NCBI GenBank assembly: GCA_002269645.1
Contig: NIVC01000811.1
Location: forward strand, 158,501 to 222,500
Length of the DNA: 64,000 nucleotides
From: Macrostomum lignano
Lineage: Eukaryota
Direction of reading: 5' to 3'
Both the position numbers and the translations under genes were made by a program. Below the pieces are notes generated by a model that saw only the letters and a program-made list of their open reading frames with translations, searched no databases and had not been told where the DNA came from. Below are positions 1 through 11,559 of the stretch, one piece after another. Numbering within the stretch: the stretch's first letter is position 1; each line of letters opens with the position of its first letter.

Positions 1-102
1 GTACACAAAAAACGCATGACTAAACTAGAGCAAAATAATAATTCAATAACAATAATGCAAAACCTAACTAATAGAATACGCAAAAGATGCTCACACTACA
101 GG

Positions 103-723
103 ACTAAAGGATTCGGGACTGAAGGATTAGGAACTAAATTATTTAGGACTTATGTACTCGGGACTAAATGATTTGGGACTAATGGATTCGGGACTAAATA
201 ATTCGGGACTAATGGATTCGGGACTAAAGGATTCGGGACTAAAGGATTCGGGACTAAAGGATTCGGGACTAAAGGATTCGGGACTAAAGGATTCGGGACT
301 AAAGGATTCGGGACTAAAGGATTCGGGACTAAATTATTCGGGACTAAAGGATTCGGGACTAAAGGATTAGGAACTAAATTATTTAGGACTTATGTACTCG
401 GGACTAAATGATTTGGGACTAATGGATTCGGGACTAAATGATTTGGGACTAATGGATTCGGGACTAAATGATTCAGGACTAATGGATTCGGGACTAAAGG
501 ATTCGGGACTAAAGGATTCGGGACTAAAGGATTCGGGACTAAAGGATTCGGGACTAAAGGATTCGGGACTAAAGGCTTCGGGACTAAAGGATTCGGGACT
601 AAATGATTTTTGAGACTTATGTACTCGGGACTAAATGATTTGGGACTAATGGATTCGGGACTAATGGATTTGGGACTAAAGGATTCGGGACTAAAGGATT
701 CAGGACTAATGGATTCGGTACTA
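103..723. repeat. 15-bp minisatellite (GGACTAAAGGATTCG)n, intronic
   Basis: Direct reading. Confidence 0.9.
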
Positions 724-771
724 AATATTTCGATACATATCGTAAAAAATTCGAATCCGTGGATATTTCAG

Positions 772-3700
772 CTACCTGGTTGGCACAGAAGACGGCAACT
801 TGCACAAGTGCAGCTGCTCCTACAACGAGCAATACCTTGAGAGCTACTTCGGCCATTCGAGTCCCGTCTATTCGGTCAAATGGTCGCCATTCCTGACTGA
901 CGTGTTCATCAGCTGCGCAGCGGACTGGACCATCAACCTGTGGCAGGCCGACAGGACCAGGCCGGTCACCACCATGGGCTCGTCAACGGTGAGTTGCCGG
1001 GTTTGCGTCTCTCGGGAAACTTGTCTTTGATAAAGGGTATGGATTCATTCCTTTTGATCGATGGTATGGGATTTGGGATTGATGACATTGTGGGATCTCT
1101 GATCTGGGATCTGGGATTGATGACATCATGGGATCTGGGATCTAGGATCTGGGATTAATGACAGCATGGGATTTTGGGATCTGCGATCTGGAATTGATGG
1201 GATCTGGGATTAATGACAGCATGGGATCTGGGATTTGGGATTGTTGACATCATGGGATTTTGGGATCTGCGATCTGGAATTGATGGGATCTGGGATTAAT
1301 GACATCATGGGATCTGGGATCTGGGATTTAGTATTGATGTCATCATGCGATCTCTGATCTGGGATCTGGGATTGATGATATCATGGGATCTGGCATTTTG
1401 GATTGATGACATGATGGGATCTGGGATCTGGGATTTGGGATTGATGGCATCATGGGATTTTGGGATCTGGGATTGATGACATCATGGGATTTTGGGATCT
1501 GCGATCTGGAATTGATGGGATCTGGGATTAATGACAGCATGGGATCTGGGACTTGGGATGATATGAGATCTTATATCTTGGAATAATGGTTTGGGAATCG
1601 GATATTGATTTTATTGGATGTACTAGCATAGAATAGATTTTCTGAAGAGGCTGGGATCAATAATAATCAAGTTATGGAACCGATGTCAGATAATCAGGAA
1701 CTCATATCTTGGGGCTTGAACACCATAAGCTCGTGAAAAAATCGATAATTTCATATTGAACCTTGATTAAATTCCCTCAGAAATCCATCAACAGTCTGAG
1801 CTGGTCGCCAAAATCGTCCTGCATTTTCGCGTGCGTCAACGACGGCCAGCTGGAGGTGTGGAACATGGCGCATTCTACGTAAGTGCAAATTTCCGGGTTT
1901 TCTTAGAAATCGGTCCATTTCCACAAAACGGCAAAGGAATTTTTTGATAAAAGAAATGAAATTCAAATTTAAGCACCACAGATTATTTCAGTTTGAAAAG
2001 CAGTACTAACTTCAAAGGATCTTAGGTTTTTTAAATTTAAAGTGTAATTTAGGTCAAAATTTTAACAAAAAATCAAGACGTTTAAATTACAAGCAATTAG
2101 TCACCTTAAACTATCGCAATAGCAGGTCAGGTAGCGAACATATTAAAATGATGTTACGAAAGTTTTTTTTTCATATTATTTTTCTATGAAAGCAAAAGTT
2201 AGTTACACTAATTTCAAACAAAAGTATCAAATAATATTTTAGCCTCGATCCAATCATCACGGAACCAACTGACGAGGACACTGGCCGCTACACCCACGTA
2301 CTTTTCTCGGATAACAGCGACGTATGTGCATTATTTAAATATTTTCTAAATTATTAACTTGCAAATAACACAAAATCTAAAATACTACTAACTAAAAAAC
2401 AACTTACAGTAACATTAAAAGCAAATACTCGTATCTTACTTTTATTTCATGAAAAACGGAAGCAATTTAAACTTTCATGGGGAACGGTAGTTTTGGATGT
2501 ATAATCCTGAAGTACTCGTACGAGTCTTTAAATGGTATGGGATCATTCTAATGCGATGGGATATTCTGATGGGATAGGATGGGATCATTCTAATGCGATG
2601 GGATATTCTGATGGGATAGGATGGGATCATTCTGATTGTATAGGATCATTCTGGTCGGATGGAATCATTCTGATGGGATGGGATCATTCTGATGGGATGG
2701 GATCATTCTGATAGGATGGGATCATTCTGATGGGATGGGATAGGATCATTCTGATGGGATAGGATCATTTTGATGTGATGGGATGGGATCATTCTGATGG
2801 GACAGGATCATTCTGATGGGATAGGATCATTCTGATAGGATAGGATCATTCTGATGGGATGGGATCATTCTGATAGGATAGGATCATTCTGATGGGATGG
2901 GATCATTCTGTTATGGGATCAGTACGATGGTGTGGGATAATTCTAGATATGATGGGATTTAAACAATCTAATTGGCATAGGATTAATCCCAACGAAATTC
3001 GCAATCGAATCCTATGGCATGGGAGTTTCAATCTCGTGCATCAGCTGCTGCTGCTGCTGCTGCCTCGCCAGCATCTGCTGCCGGTCCCGAAGCCGCTGCT
3101 CGGTGGCGCAAAAGATGCAGCCGGTGGTGGAATGATCCTACGGGCCGTTACATGATCCTACGGGCCGTTACATGATCTGTTTGGTCTGTTACATGATCCT
3201 TTCGGTCTGTTACATGATCCTCTTGGTCTGTTACATGATCCTACGGGCCGTTACATGATCTGTTTGGTCTGTTACATGATCCTACGGGCCGTTACATGAT
3301 CTGTTTGGTCTGTTACATGATACTTTCGGTCTGTTACATGATCCTCTTGGTCTGTTACATGATCCTTTTGGTCTGTTACATGATCCTTTTGGTCTGTTAC
3401 ATGATCCGTTTGGTCTGTTACATGATCCTCTTGGTCTGTTACATGATTCTTTTGGGCTGTTACATGATCCTTTTGGTCTGTTACATGATCCTTTTGGGCT
3501 GTTACATGATCCTTTTGGCCTGTTACATGATCCGTTTGGGCTGTTACATGATCCTACGGGCTACAGACCAGTTACATGATCCTTTTGGGCTATTACATGA
3601 TTATCTTGGGTTGTTACATAATTATTTTTTAGTTTTTTACGTCATACAATTACCTGTTTCGCGACCCTACGGGCTGTTAAATGATCTTTCTAGATGGTTA

Positions 3701-6700
3701 CATGATTCTACAGGCTCTTGCATGATCCCAAGGATTGTCGTATCTTTTGGACTATATCAAATAATATTTTGAGCTGTACTACATGATCTTGAAAGTTAAT
3801 CCATGATTCTGAATTCCAATACATGATCTTGAAGGCTAATACATTATCCGAAAGTCTAATACATGATCTAAAAGTCCAATAGATAATCCCTGTATTTGAC
3901 AAGAAATTGCTTTTACACAAAATAAAACTTACCAAAATCCACAGATCAACTGTCTTGCAGATTTCCGAGTTGATCTGAAATGTGAATATTAAAAACTTTT
4001 AATAGGGCTGCCGGTCACTCTTTGTCTTCATAGAAAACTGGAATCGAAGGGAGGAAAGAGTGTGAGGGAGTTCAGGGCCAATAGTAGGCCTTCAAATATG
4101 TTTGCCAATATCTTTGGTTGGTTCTGAACGCTGATGAATGATTGATTGCCGCTGGCCTGGGGTCTGGTGGCCAAGGACCATTAGAACGTCTGGATTGGAA
4201 CTCGCTTCGAGTTTTGGAACAGTTTTTTGAATTTTAATAATTTCAAGGCAGTTTTTCCAAGTAGTCTTTTTGATTTATTTAGCTCTAAACCTTTAAACGC
4301 TAAGGAAATTTTGAAGGTCACTGACATAAATAGCAATCATTTAGTATCTATTTTGCTTTAATTGGCATTCAAAGCTTTTGTCTCCCAGTCCAGAAGCAAT
4401 TTCAGGGGTCCCTGGTACTGCGCGCCGATCCAATTAAAGCTTGTTTTTCCTTTGCTTTCTTTCCTCTTCTTCTAAAAGCAGCAATTTGAAACTTTGGCCT
4501 GGCAAGGTTCTGCATTCGGCACAGAGCCGGCATCTCTTGTCTAGGGGGGGGGGGGAATTCCTGACAAACTAATTGGGCCGATTGTTCAAACACATCCCCA
4601 AGGAAAGTTTCAGCTTGGCAACCAAATTATCAAGTGAAAGCGGGGGGTTCTGTCAGTAATTATGCCACCAGTTTTACAGAATCTGCCATCCGCTGTAACC
4701 AAACTTCAGAGCCTGCTGGTTGGCGATGCCCAGGGCAATGTGCAGGTCTTCAAGCTGGAAAATATGCCTTCGGCTCCGAAAAATCAGGTAAGTGTTTTTG
4801 CCAACGATTAATGGATAGAGATAAAGGTGTGAGGGACGGAGATAAGGGAGTGAGGGAGAGAGATAAGGGAGTGAGGGAGAGAGATAAGGGAGTGTGGGAG
4901 GGAGATAAGGGAGTGAGGGACAGAGATAAGGGAGTGAGGGAGGGAGATAAGGGAGTGAGGGAGAGAGATAAGGGAGTGAGGGAGAGAGATAAGGGAGTGA
5001 GGGACAGAGATAAGGGAGTGAGGGACAGAGATAAAGGAGAGAGGAAGAGAGATAAGGGAGTGAGGGAGGGAGATAAGGGAGTGAGGGAGAGAGATAAGGG
5101 AGTGAGGGAGAGAGATAAGGGAGTGAGGGACAGAGATAAGGGAGTGAGGGACAGAGATAAGGGAGTGAGGGACAGAGTTAAGGGAGTGAGGGACAGAGAT
5201 AAAGGACAGAGGAAGAGAGATAAGGGAGTGAGGGAGAGAGATAAGGGAGTGAGGGAGAGAGATAAGGGAGTGAGGGACAGAGATAAAGGAGAGAGGAAGA
5301 GAGATAAGGGAGTGAGGGAGAGAGATAAGGGAGTGAGGGAGAGAGATAAGGGAGTGAGGGACAGAGATAAAGGAGAGAGGAAGAGAGATAAGGGAGTGAG
5401 GGAGAGAGATAAGGGAGTGAGGGACAGAGATAAGGGAGTGAGGGAGGGAGATAAGGGAGTGAGGGAGGGAGATAAGGGAGTGAGGGACAGAGATAAGGGA
5501 GTGAGGGACAGAGATAAAGGAGAGAGGAAGAGAGATAAGGGAGTGAGGGAGAGAGATAAGGGAGTGAGGGACAGAGATAAAGGAGAGAGGAAGAGAGATA
5601 AGGGAGTGAGGGAGAGAGATAAGGGAGTGAGGGAGAGAGATAAGGGAGTGAGGGACAGAGATAAAGGAGAGAGGAAGAGAGATAAGGGAGTGAGGGAGAG
5701 AGATAAGGGAGTGAGGGACAGAGATAAGGGAGTGAGGGACAGAGTTAAGGGAGTGAGGGACAGAGATAAGGGAGTGAGGGAGAGAGATAAGGGAGTGAGG
5801 GACAGAGATAAGGGAGTGAGGGAGAGAGATAAGGGAGTGAGGAAGAGAGATAAGGGAGTGAGGGAGAGAGATAAGGGAGTGAGGGACAGAGATAAGGGAG
5901 TGAGGGACAGAGATAAGGGAGTGAGGGACAGAGTTAAGGGAGTGAGGGACAGAGATAAAGGAGAGAGGAAGAGAGATAAGGGAGTGAGGGAGAGAGATAA
6001 GGGAGTAAGGGAGAGAGATAAGGGAGTGAGGGACAGAGATAAAGGAGAGAGGAAGAGAGATAAGGGATTGAAGGAGAGAGATAAGGGAGTGAGGAAGAGA
6101 GGTAAGTGAGCGAGGGAGTGATATCAGAGAAGATAGGAAAAGCTTATAGCTAGTATGAAATCAATAAATAAAGTCAGAAAAAAGTTCAACGCAGACAGTT
6201 GCAGCATTGCAAAACTTCTAGAAAATACCACGCAGGGTTCAGTTCGTATAGGCGTGAAAATTATCACTGCAACAGCTGCTAGAATCATGGCTTGGTGGGT
6301 GCGGGTTTGTTTACCTCTGCCAAACTTCCGAAGTCCTTCTTGATCGAAGCTACATCGCTGACGCAACCGGATTTTCTCAGTAGATTCCTTCATCGCGACC
6401 TGTTGCGCAACCGCTATTATTATTAACACCGCGCCTTGAACGTGACTTGTTGGGGACGCCTGTAGCGTCTGAGGTTGCTATGGTTACACCCTTATGGACA
6501 TGAACCAGATTCTCCATCTAAAGGGTTATAAAAAGGAAGCGAATTCTTGCCAAATGATGTTAAAAATTTATCTGAAAGTATAAAAAAAATGTTTGTGTCA
6601 TGAAGTATGATTATTACTCAGACATATGAGAGTGACAGTTCATGAGGGTGACAGCTCATGAAAATGACAGTTCATGAGAGTGACAGTTCATAAGAGTGTC

Positions 6701-7158
6701 AGTTCACAAGAGTGACAGTTCACGAGAATGACAGTTCATAAGAGTGACAGTTCATGAGAGCGACAGTTCACGAGAGTGACAGTTCAGGAGAGTGACGGCT
6801 CATAAGAGTGACAGTTCACGAGAGTGACAGTTCACGAGAGTGACAGTTCACGAGAGTGACAGTTCACGAGAGTGACAGTTCACGAGAGTGACAGTTCACG
6901 AGAGTGACAGTTCACGAGAGTGACATTTCACGAGAGTGACAGTTCACGAGAGTGACAGTTCACGAGAGTGACAGTTCACGAGAGTGACAGTTCACGAGAG
7001 TGACAGTTCATGAGAGTGACAGTTCACGAGAGTGACAGTTCACGAGAGTGATAGTTCATGAGAGTGAAATTTTATTAAATTCCCTGCAGGCCGAAGCTCT
7101 GGACCGAGTCATACAGCTGGCCTTGAAGACCGAACTGAATGCCAGCCAGACAGCCTGA
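772..7158 (+). CDS. DNAI4: Dynein axonemal intermediate chain 4 (WDR78), 3' part. Exons 772-988, 1781-1878, 2243-2321, 4710-4787, 7090-7158(stop); 5' exons lie left of the window
   Basis: All five exons have AG/GT ends and compatible phases. Spliced protein YLVGTEDGNLHKCSCSYNEQYLESYFGHSSPVYSVKWSPF...KSINSLSWSPKSSCIFACVNDGQLEVWN...STLDPII...SLLVGDAQGNVQVFKLENMP matches the recalled WD40 C-terminus of WDR78/DNAI4 (HKCSCSYNEQYL, STLDP, LLVGD motifs). Confidence 0.92.
1055..1565. repeat. Degenerate GGGATCTGGGATT-rich array
   Basis: Direct reading. Confidence 0.85.
2535..2925. repeat. GATGGGATCATTCT-rich array
   Basis: Direct reading. Confidence 0.85.
3012..3974 (-). CDS. Candidate nested antisense gene in a DNAI4 intron: exons 3933-3974 and 3012-3137(stop), unknown product
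   Basis: On the - strand: tttcag|42 nt|gtaagt gives INSEICKTVDLWIL, and tag|126 nt ending TAG gives [41 protein letters not shown]; both phase 0. No homology recognised. Confidence 0.4.
3130..3620. repeat. 21-bp minisatellite (GTTACATGATCCTTTTGGTCT-like)
   Basis: Direct reading; 7-aa periodicity in the ORF track. Confidence 0.9.
4812..6107. repeat. 21-bp purine-rich minisatellite (AGAGATAAGGGAGTGAGGGAS)n
   Basis: Direct reading; lies inside the DNAI4 intron. Confidence 0.95.
6628..7068. repeat. 16-bp minisatellite (GAGAGTGACAGTTCAC)n
   Basis: Direct reading. Confidence 0.9.
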
Positions 7159-7569
7159 TCCCAGCTGGAGTTTGTTCCCAACTTCAGCAAAACTGTGCTC
7201 CGCAGACTCTGACTGTCAAAGCTTATTAAATTTGAATTTGATATCAAAAACTTTTATTATTGCAGTTTCTACTCTTGCAGTGCCTCTTTTATTTAGTTTT
7301 ACAAAATAATGATTTTGCTTGCTTAAAATTTAATAATCTTTGTTGAGTTTTGGAAATAAAAATTTTTGTTGGTTGCTACTAATAGTAATAATATTCTGTT
7401 TTTTTAATTTATTTGAAAATACAAAGTAGGTTCAAATAGATGTCAGACAATGGAAAATATGTTGAATATTCTGTCAGAGACAGGAAAATGAGTTTTGTAT
7501 TTTGAAACAATTCAAAGTATTTTGAAGGTCTCGATGATTGCTTCTAATTGCTTCTCCAAACCAATTACG

Positions 7570-7730
7570 CTCTGAGCAATACCCCCTGACTGAATTCTGC
7601 AGCTGAGCAATACCCATTGACTCAATTCTGCCGCTGAGCAATACCCATTGACTCAATTCTGCCGCTGAGCAATACCCATTGACATAATTCTGCCGCTGAG
7701 CAATACCCCCTCTTGACTCAATTCTGCACC
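7570..7730. repeat. 31-bp tandem repeat x~5
   Basis: CTGAGCAAT recurs at 7572, 7603 and onward. Confidence 0.8.
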
Positions 7731-8211
7731 TGAAAAAAGTACATTAGCATTTAGATATTTTATCATGAAATTCAGTACTAAGACAGGCAGCTAAAAGCCA
7801 GTCTGCTAGTTATTAGCCATCGAATATCTAACTTAAAAGGCAGGAATTGGCAATTTAAAAGTCATGCATGAATCGATTCTGCAGACGATGTCGCAGCTAA
7901 GAGCTACCACCCGTAACCATCTGGCTTTGGGACGATTGCAGCCTCCTTAAAACGATGGAAAAAAGGCAATTTACTGCATCCGCAGCAGCTGGCAAAAAAC
8001 CCACTAGAGTAAAAAAGTTTTCAGAACTCAAGACGAAATCCTTCGCTGCTAAGTTCCCTCCCACAGCAGGTAACCTTGACAACTGAAACAAACACATTGC
8101 AAGAAGCCCGATGGGTGTGGAACATCTGTCTCTTTTGCCTTCCTACGACGAGTTCACGATCAAAAAGTGTCTAAAACTTTTGTCACAGACAATTACAGTT
8201 CTGTTTCAAGC

Positions 8212-8693
8212 ATGAACTTCGCTGCCTTAACAGCGATACTGCTAGTTGAGGCCTTCTGCAGCCGCAACGGCTTTCAAGGCAAGTTGCTTGATCGATTTTG
8301 CATTAGTTATCCATGGCACTCCCGTTTTTTTTTTCTACCGCATCCAATACTGGCCATGCCTTATGTATGGAGTCTGCACACTGATTAGCCTGCGTAGCGT
8401 GACTCCCGCTGCTCAACTCTGTCTCGACGCCTCCACCGAAAGTCTCGTCGCTTTCGCGACCCTCGGTGCCGCTCCGTGCGTCCGACCGGCGATGTTCGAA
8501 GCGGTGAACCTCCTGCCAGCTCGGCCGGACACTCTGGCTCTCCTGTTGTCCGACGATGGCACTCGGCTCTGTTCCTGACGGCCGGCAACGGCTCGAGACT
8601 CGACGCGACTTCGCTGACATCGGCGGCACAGCTGACTGCGGCCAGCTTTCGGACTCGACTGTCCGGAGCAGACGGCGGTGTCAGCTTTGAGAG
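8212..8693 (+). pseudogene. Lectin-cluster copy A: signal-peptide-like exon (8212-8278) plus a truncated, frameshifted piece of the AbfB-like exon
   Basis: 8400-8693 is close to 12821-13113 but has a net 2-nt indel near 8555-8565 giving a stop, and ends abruptly at the 30-bp satellite. Upstream MNFAALTAILLVEAFCS is followed by a GC donor (G|gcaagt). Confidence 0.65.
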
Positions 8694-8699
8694 CAGAGG

Positions 8700-11322
8700 A
8701 GATCAGACACAATGGTAGAGTGGTCTTATAGATCAGACACAGTGTTTATAGTGGCCTTATAGATCAGACACAGTGTTCATAGACACACTCACGCTCCGTG
8801 GAAGTCCAGAAAGGCGGACCGCAAGGTGTGGAGTCCTCAGCCCGATCCTCTGGAACTTAGTCATGGACGAGCTGCTTTGCAGCCCGCATCCGGACCCTGT
8901 TCAGAAGGTCGGCTATGCGGACGATGTTACCGCCACTGTGGCTGGACCATCGCCCGCGGTCCTCAGGGACCTCCTTCAAGCCTTCATCCACCGTGCCGAG
9001 CGCTGGGCACATAGCTGCGGTCTCAGGTTCTCTGAGTCTAAAACCGTGGCTATCATGTTCACCAGCCGCCGAAACTGGAGGATCGAACCGCTCTCCCTCT
9101 ACGGCAAACCTGTTGCCATGAAGAAACAAACTAGATGTCTGGGCGTCACCCTCGACCACAGGTTGAGCTGGACCCCGCACGTCCAAACTAAAGCCCGCAA
9201 AGCTCTCGCGACTCTCGCGCAGATCCGCAGAGCTTTCGGTGCTACCTGGGGCCTCACCCCCGCCGCCTCTGGTGGATTTACACTGCCATTGTTAGACCGG
9301 CCATCTCCTTCGCCGGCTTCATTTGGAACAGTGCCCTAGAGGTGAAAGGGGTTCTTGAGGTTTTAAATAGGGTGCAAGGCCGCGCTTGTCGAGCTATCAT
9401 GAGCGCGGCTCCCTCAACGCCCTTCGATGGCATGAACTCCTTCTTGGACATTCCCCCCCTCGACCTCTTTGTTAGAGGGGAGGCTATGAAAACCACCCGT
9501 CGTCTGCTTGACGCGGGTGTCCAAATCCAGAAGCAGTTTGCCTTCAGAAAGCGGAACCTCCGGCCGCACGGCGACCTCAGCCTGCGAGACCTGGAAGCAG
9601 CGAGAGGCCTGCTGACCCTCTCGGACGGAATCCCGTCCACGCTCTGCCCCCCGCTCAAATTCAAAACCAGCATTCCACCACGTCATGAAGCAAGAGACAA
9701 CTGGAAACCCCATAAAATCCACTGCTTCACTGACGGGTCCCAAATCAACTCCGCCTCTGGATACGGCTACTGCATCGTGTCTGGAGGGAGAACTGTGGCG
9801 ACCTTCTCCCAACACACCGGCACCTGCTCCACCGTCTTCCAGAACGAAGTTCTCGCCATCAGCTCCTGCGCCATGGAACTGTACAATCAGCGCGTCTGGG
9901 GGAAGGAAATTACCCTCCACTCGGACAGTCAAGCGGCGATTCACGCCCTTGAGCGCACCACCACCTGCTCGCGTACAGTCCTCGACTGCATCGGGCAGCT
10001 CAACCGCTTAGGCGCCTCCAACAAGGTGTCCCTAAGGTGGATCCCCGGGCATTCGGGCCACCCCGGCAACGAGCTGGCCGATCGCCTGGCCAAGGCTGGC
10101 TCGACCGGTTCTTTTACTGGTCCCCTGCCCGTGGCCCCCACCCCCATCGCCGTTGTCACCACTCGGATCAACCAGTGGGTGGCTTCTAAGCACAGGGAGA
10201 GGTGGGCTAACGCCCCCGACTGCCGGCAATCCCGCGCGGCTGTCCCCTGTCCCTCCCCCGCCCTACGCAGGGCCCTGCTTGTACTCAACCGCAGGGACAT
10301 CAGGGCGGTTACCATGGCCCTCTCGGGTCATGGCTGCTTTGCCAGGCATCGTTACCTCCAGGAGAAAATCCGCAGTGAGGAATGCCCTTTCTGCCTCTCC
10401 GGTGTCGAGAATGCGGAGCACTTCATCTGTGAATGCCCCGCATTTACTCAGGACAGGCTCACCTACCTCGGCCCAAACCCGGACCTCTCCGACGTTTTCA
10501 GGCCCGAGAATCTCTGCCAGCTCGTCCGCTACCTAAGGGCTACCGGGCGAGCGACAATCCACCTCCTGGACTCTCCGGAGGGGACCGCGCTGCGGACGCC
10601 GGCGCCACCGGAACTCCCTGCGCGACACCGCAGCACTAGCTGCCCGTGGTCGCCAGGGGTTAGCGAAATGGGCGGCAACGCCTCCTCGCTGTTTCCGGAC
10701 GCACGGAGCCCCCTGCAGCTGAGTCAAGTAAGTCAAAGAGGCCTTATAGATCAGACAAAATGGTAGAGTGGTCTTATAGATCAGACACAGTGTTTATAGT
10801 GGCCTTATAGATCCGAAACAGTGTTAGAGTGGTCTTATAGATCAGACACAATGGTAAAGTAGCCTTATAGATCAGACACAATGGTAGAGTGGTCTTATAG
10901 ATCAGACACAGTGTTTATAGTGGCCTTATAGATCCGAAACAGTGTTAGAGTGGTCTTATAGATCAGACACAATGGTAAAGTAGCCTTATAGATCAGACAC
11001 AATGGTAGAGAGGCCTTATAGATCAGACACAATGGTAGAGTGGTCTTATAGATCAGACACAGTGTTTATAATGGCCTTATAGATCCGAAACAGTGTTAGA
11101 GTGGTCGAACAATGCTAGAATGGCCTTATAGATCAGACACAATGGTAGAGAGGCCTTATAGATAAGACACAATGATGGAGAGGCCTTATAGATCAGACAC
11201 AATGGTAAAGTGGTCTTATAGATCAGACACAATGGTAGAGAGGCCTTATAGATCAGATACAATGGTGGAGAGGCCTTATAGATCAGACACAATGGTCAAG
11301 TGGCCTTATAGATCAGATACAG
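8700..11322. repeat. 30-bp satellite (GATCAGACACAATGGTAGAGAGGCCTTATA)n at 8700-8780 and 10737-11322, split by the LINE
   Basis: Direct reading. Confidence 0.9.
8781..10736 (+). mobile_element. 5'-truncated non-LTR retrotransposon (I group; LOA/Nimb/I-like) with RT, RNase H and CCHC finger
   Basis: RT motifs LSPILWNLVMDELL, GYADDV, LGVTLDHRLSW; RNase [27 protein letters not shown]; C-x2-C-x8-H-x4-C ([18 protein letters not shown]); one -1 frameshift in the C-run at ~9257-9261; ends in gagtcaagtaagtcaa. Confidence 0.9.
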
Positions 11323-11559
11323 CTAGCCGTTAAGATCTGAATAATTTAGGTGAACATTAACGGGGCAAGTGAAGGCTCATTCACATGTGGCTGGGCAAAT
11401 TGCTTCAAGCCAATCAGGCTCCAGGTAGAGACCTGTATATGCTGATGATCTGTGACTCCGCAGACAACTTGTCTGCTCGTTTCTTTCTCCATCTTCTTGG
11501 GTTCGAAACTGCTGCTCAAGATTGTCACTGCATTGCTTTGCAACACCGAGGACAAAACG

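Noticed and set aside
4634-6109. 491-aa RDKGVRE-repeat ORF
   Set aside because: Translation of a 21-bp intronic minisatellite; the real exon (4710-4787) is in another frame and has a strong donor.
7500-8070. Possible small exons (- strand SVIGLEKQLEAIIETFKIL*; + strand MEKRQF..PPTAG|gtaacc)
   Set aside because: They cannot be joined into a coherent model and I recognise no homology.
10605-10730. GCCTCCTCGCTG identical to the HDV ribozyme P3/L3 as I recall it, with a possible P1
   Set aside because: No GG for P1.1 and no J4/2 catalytic strand; retrotransposon HDV-like ribozymes lie at 5' ends, not 3' ends.
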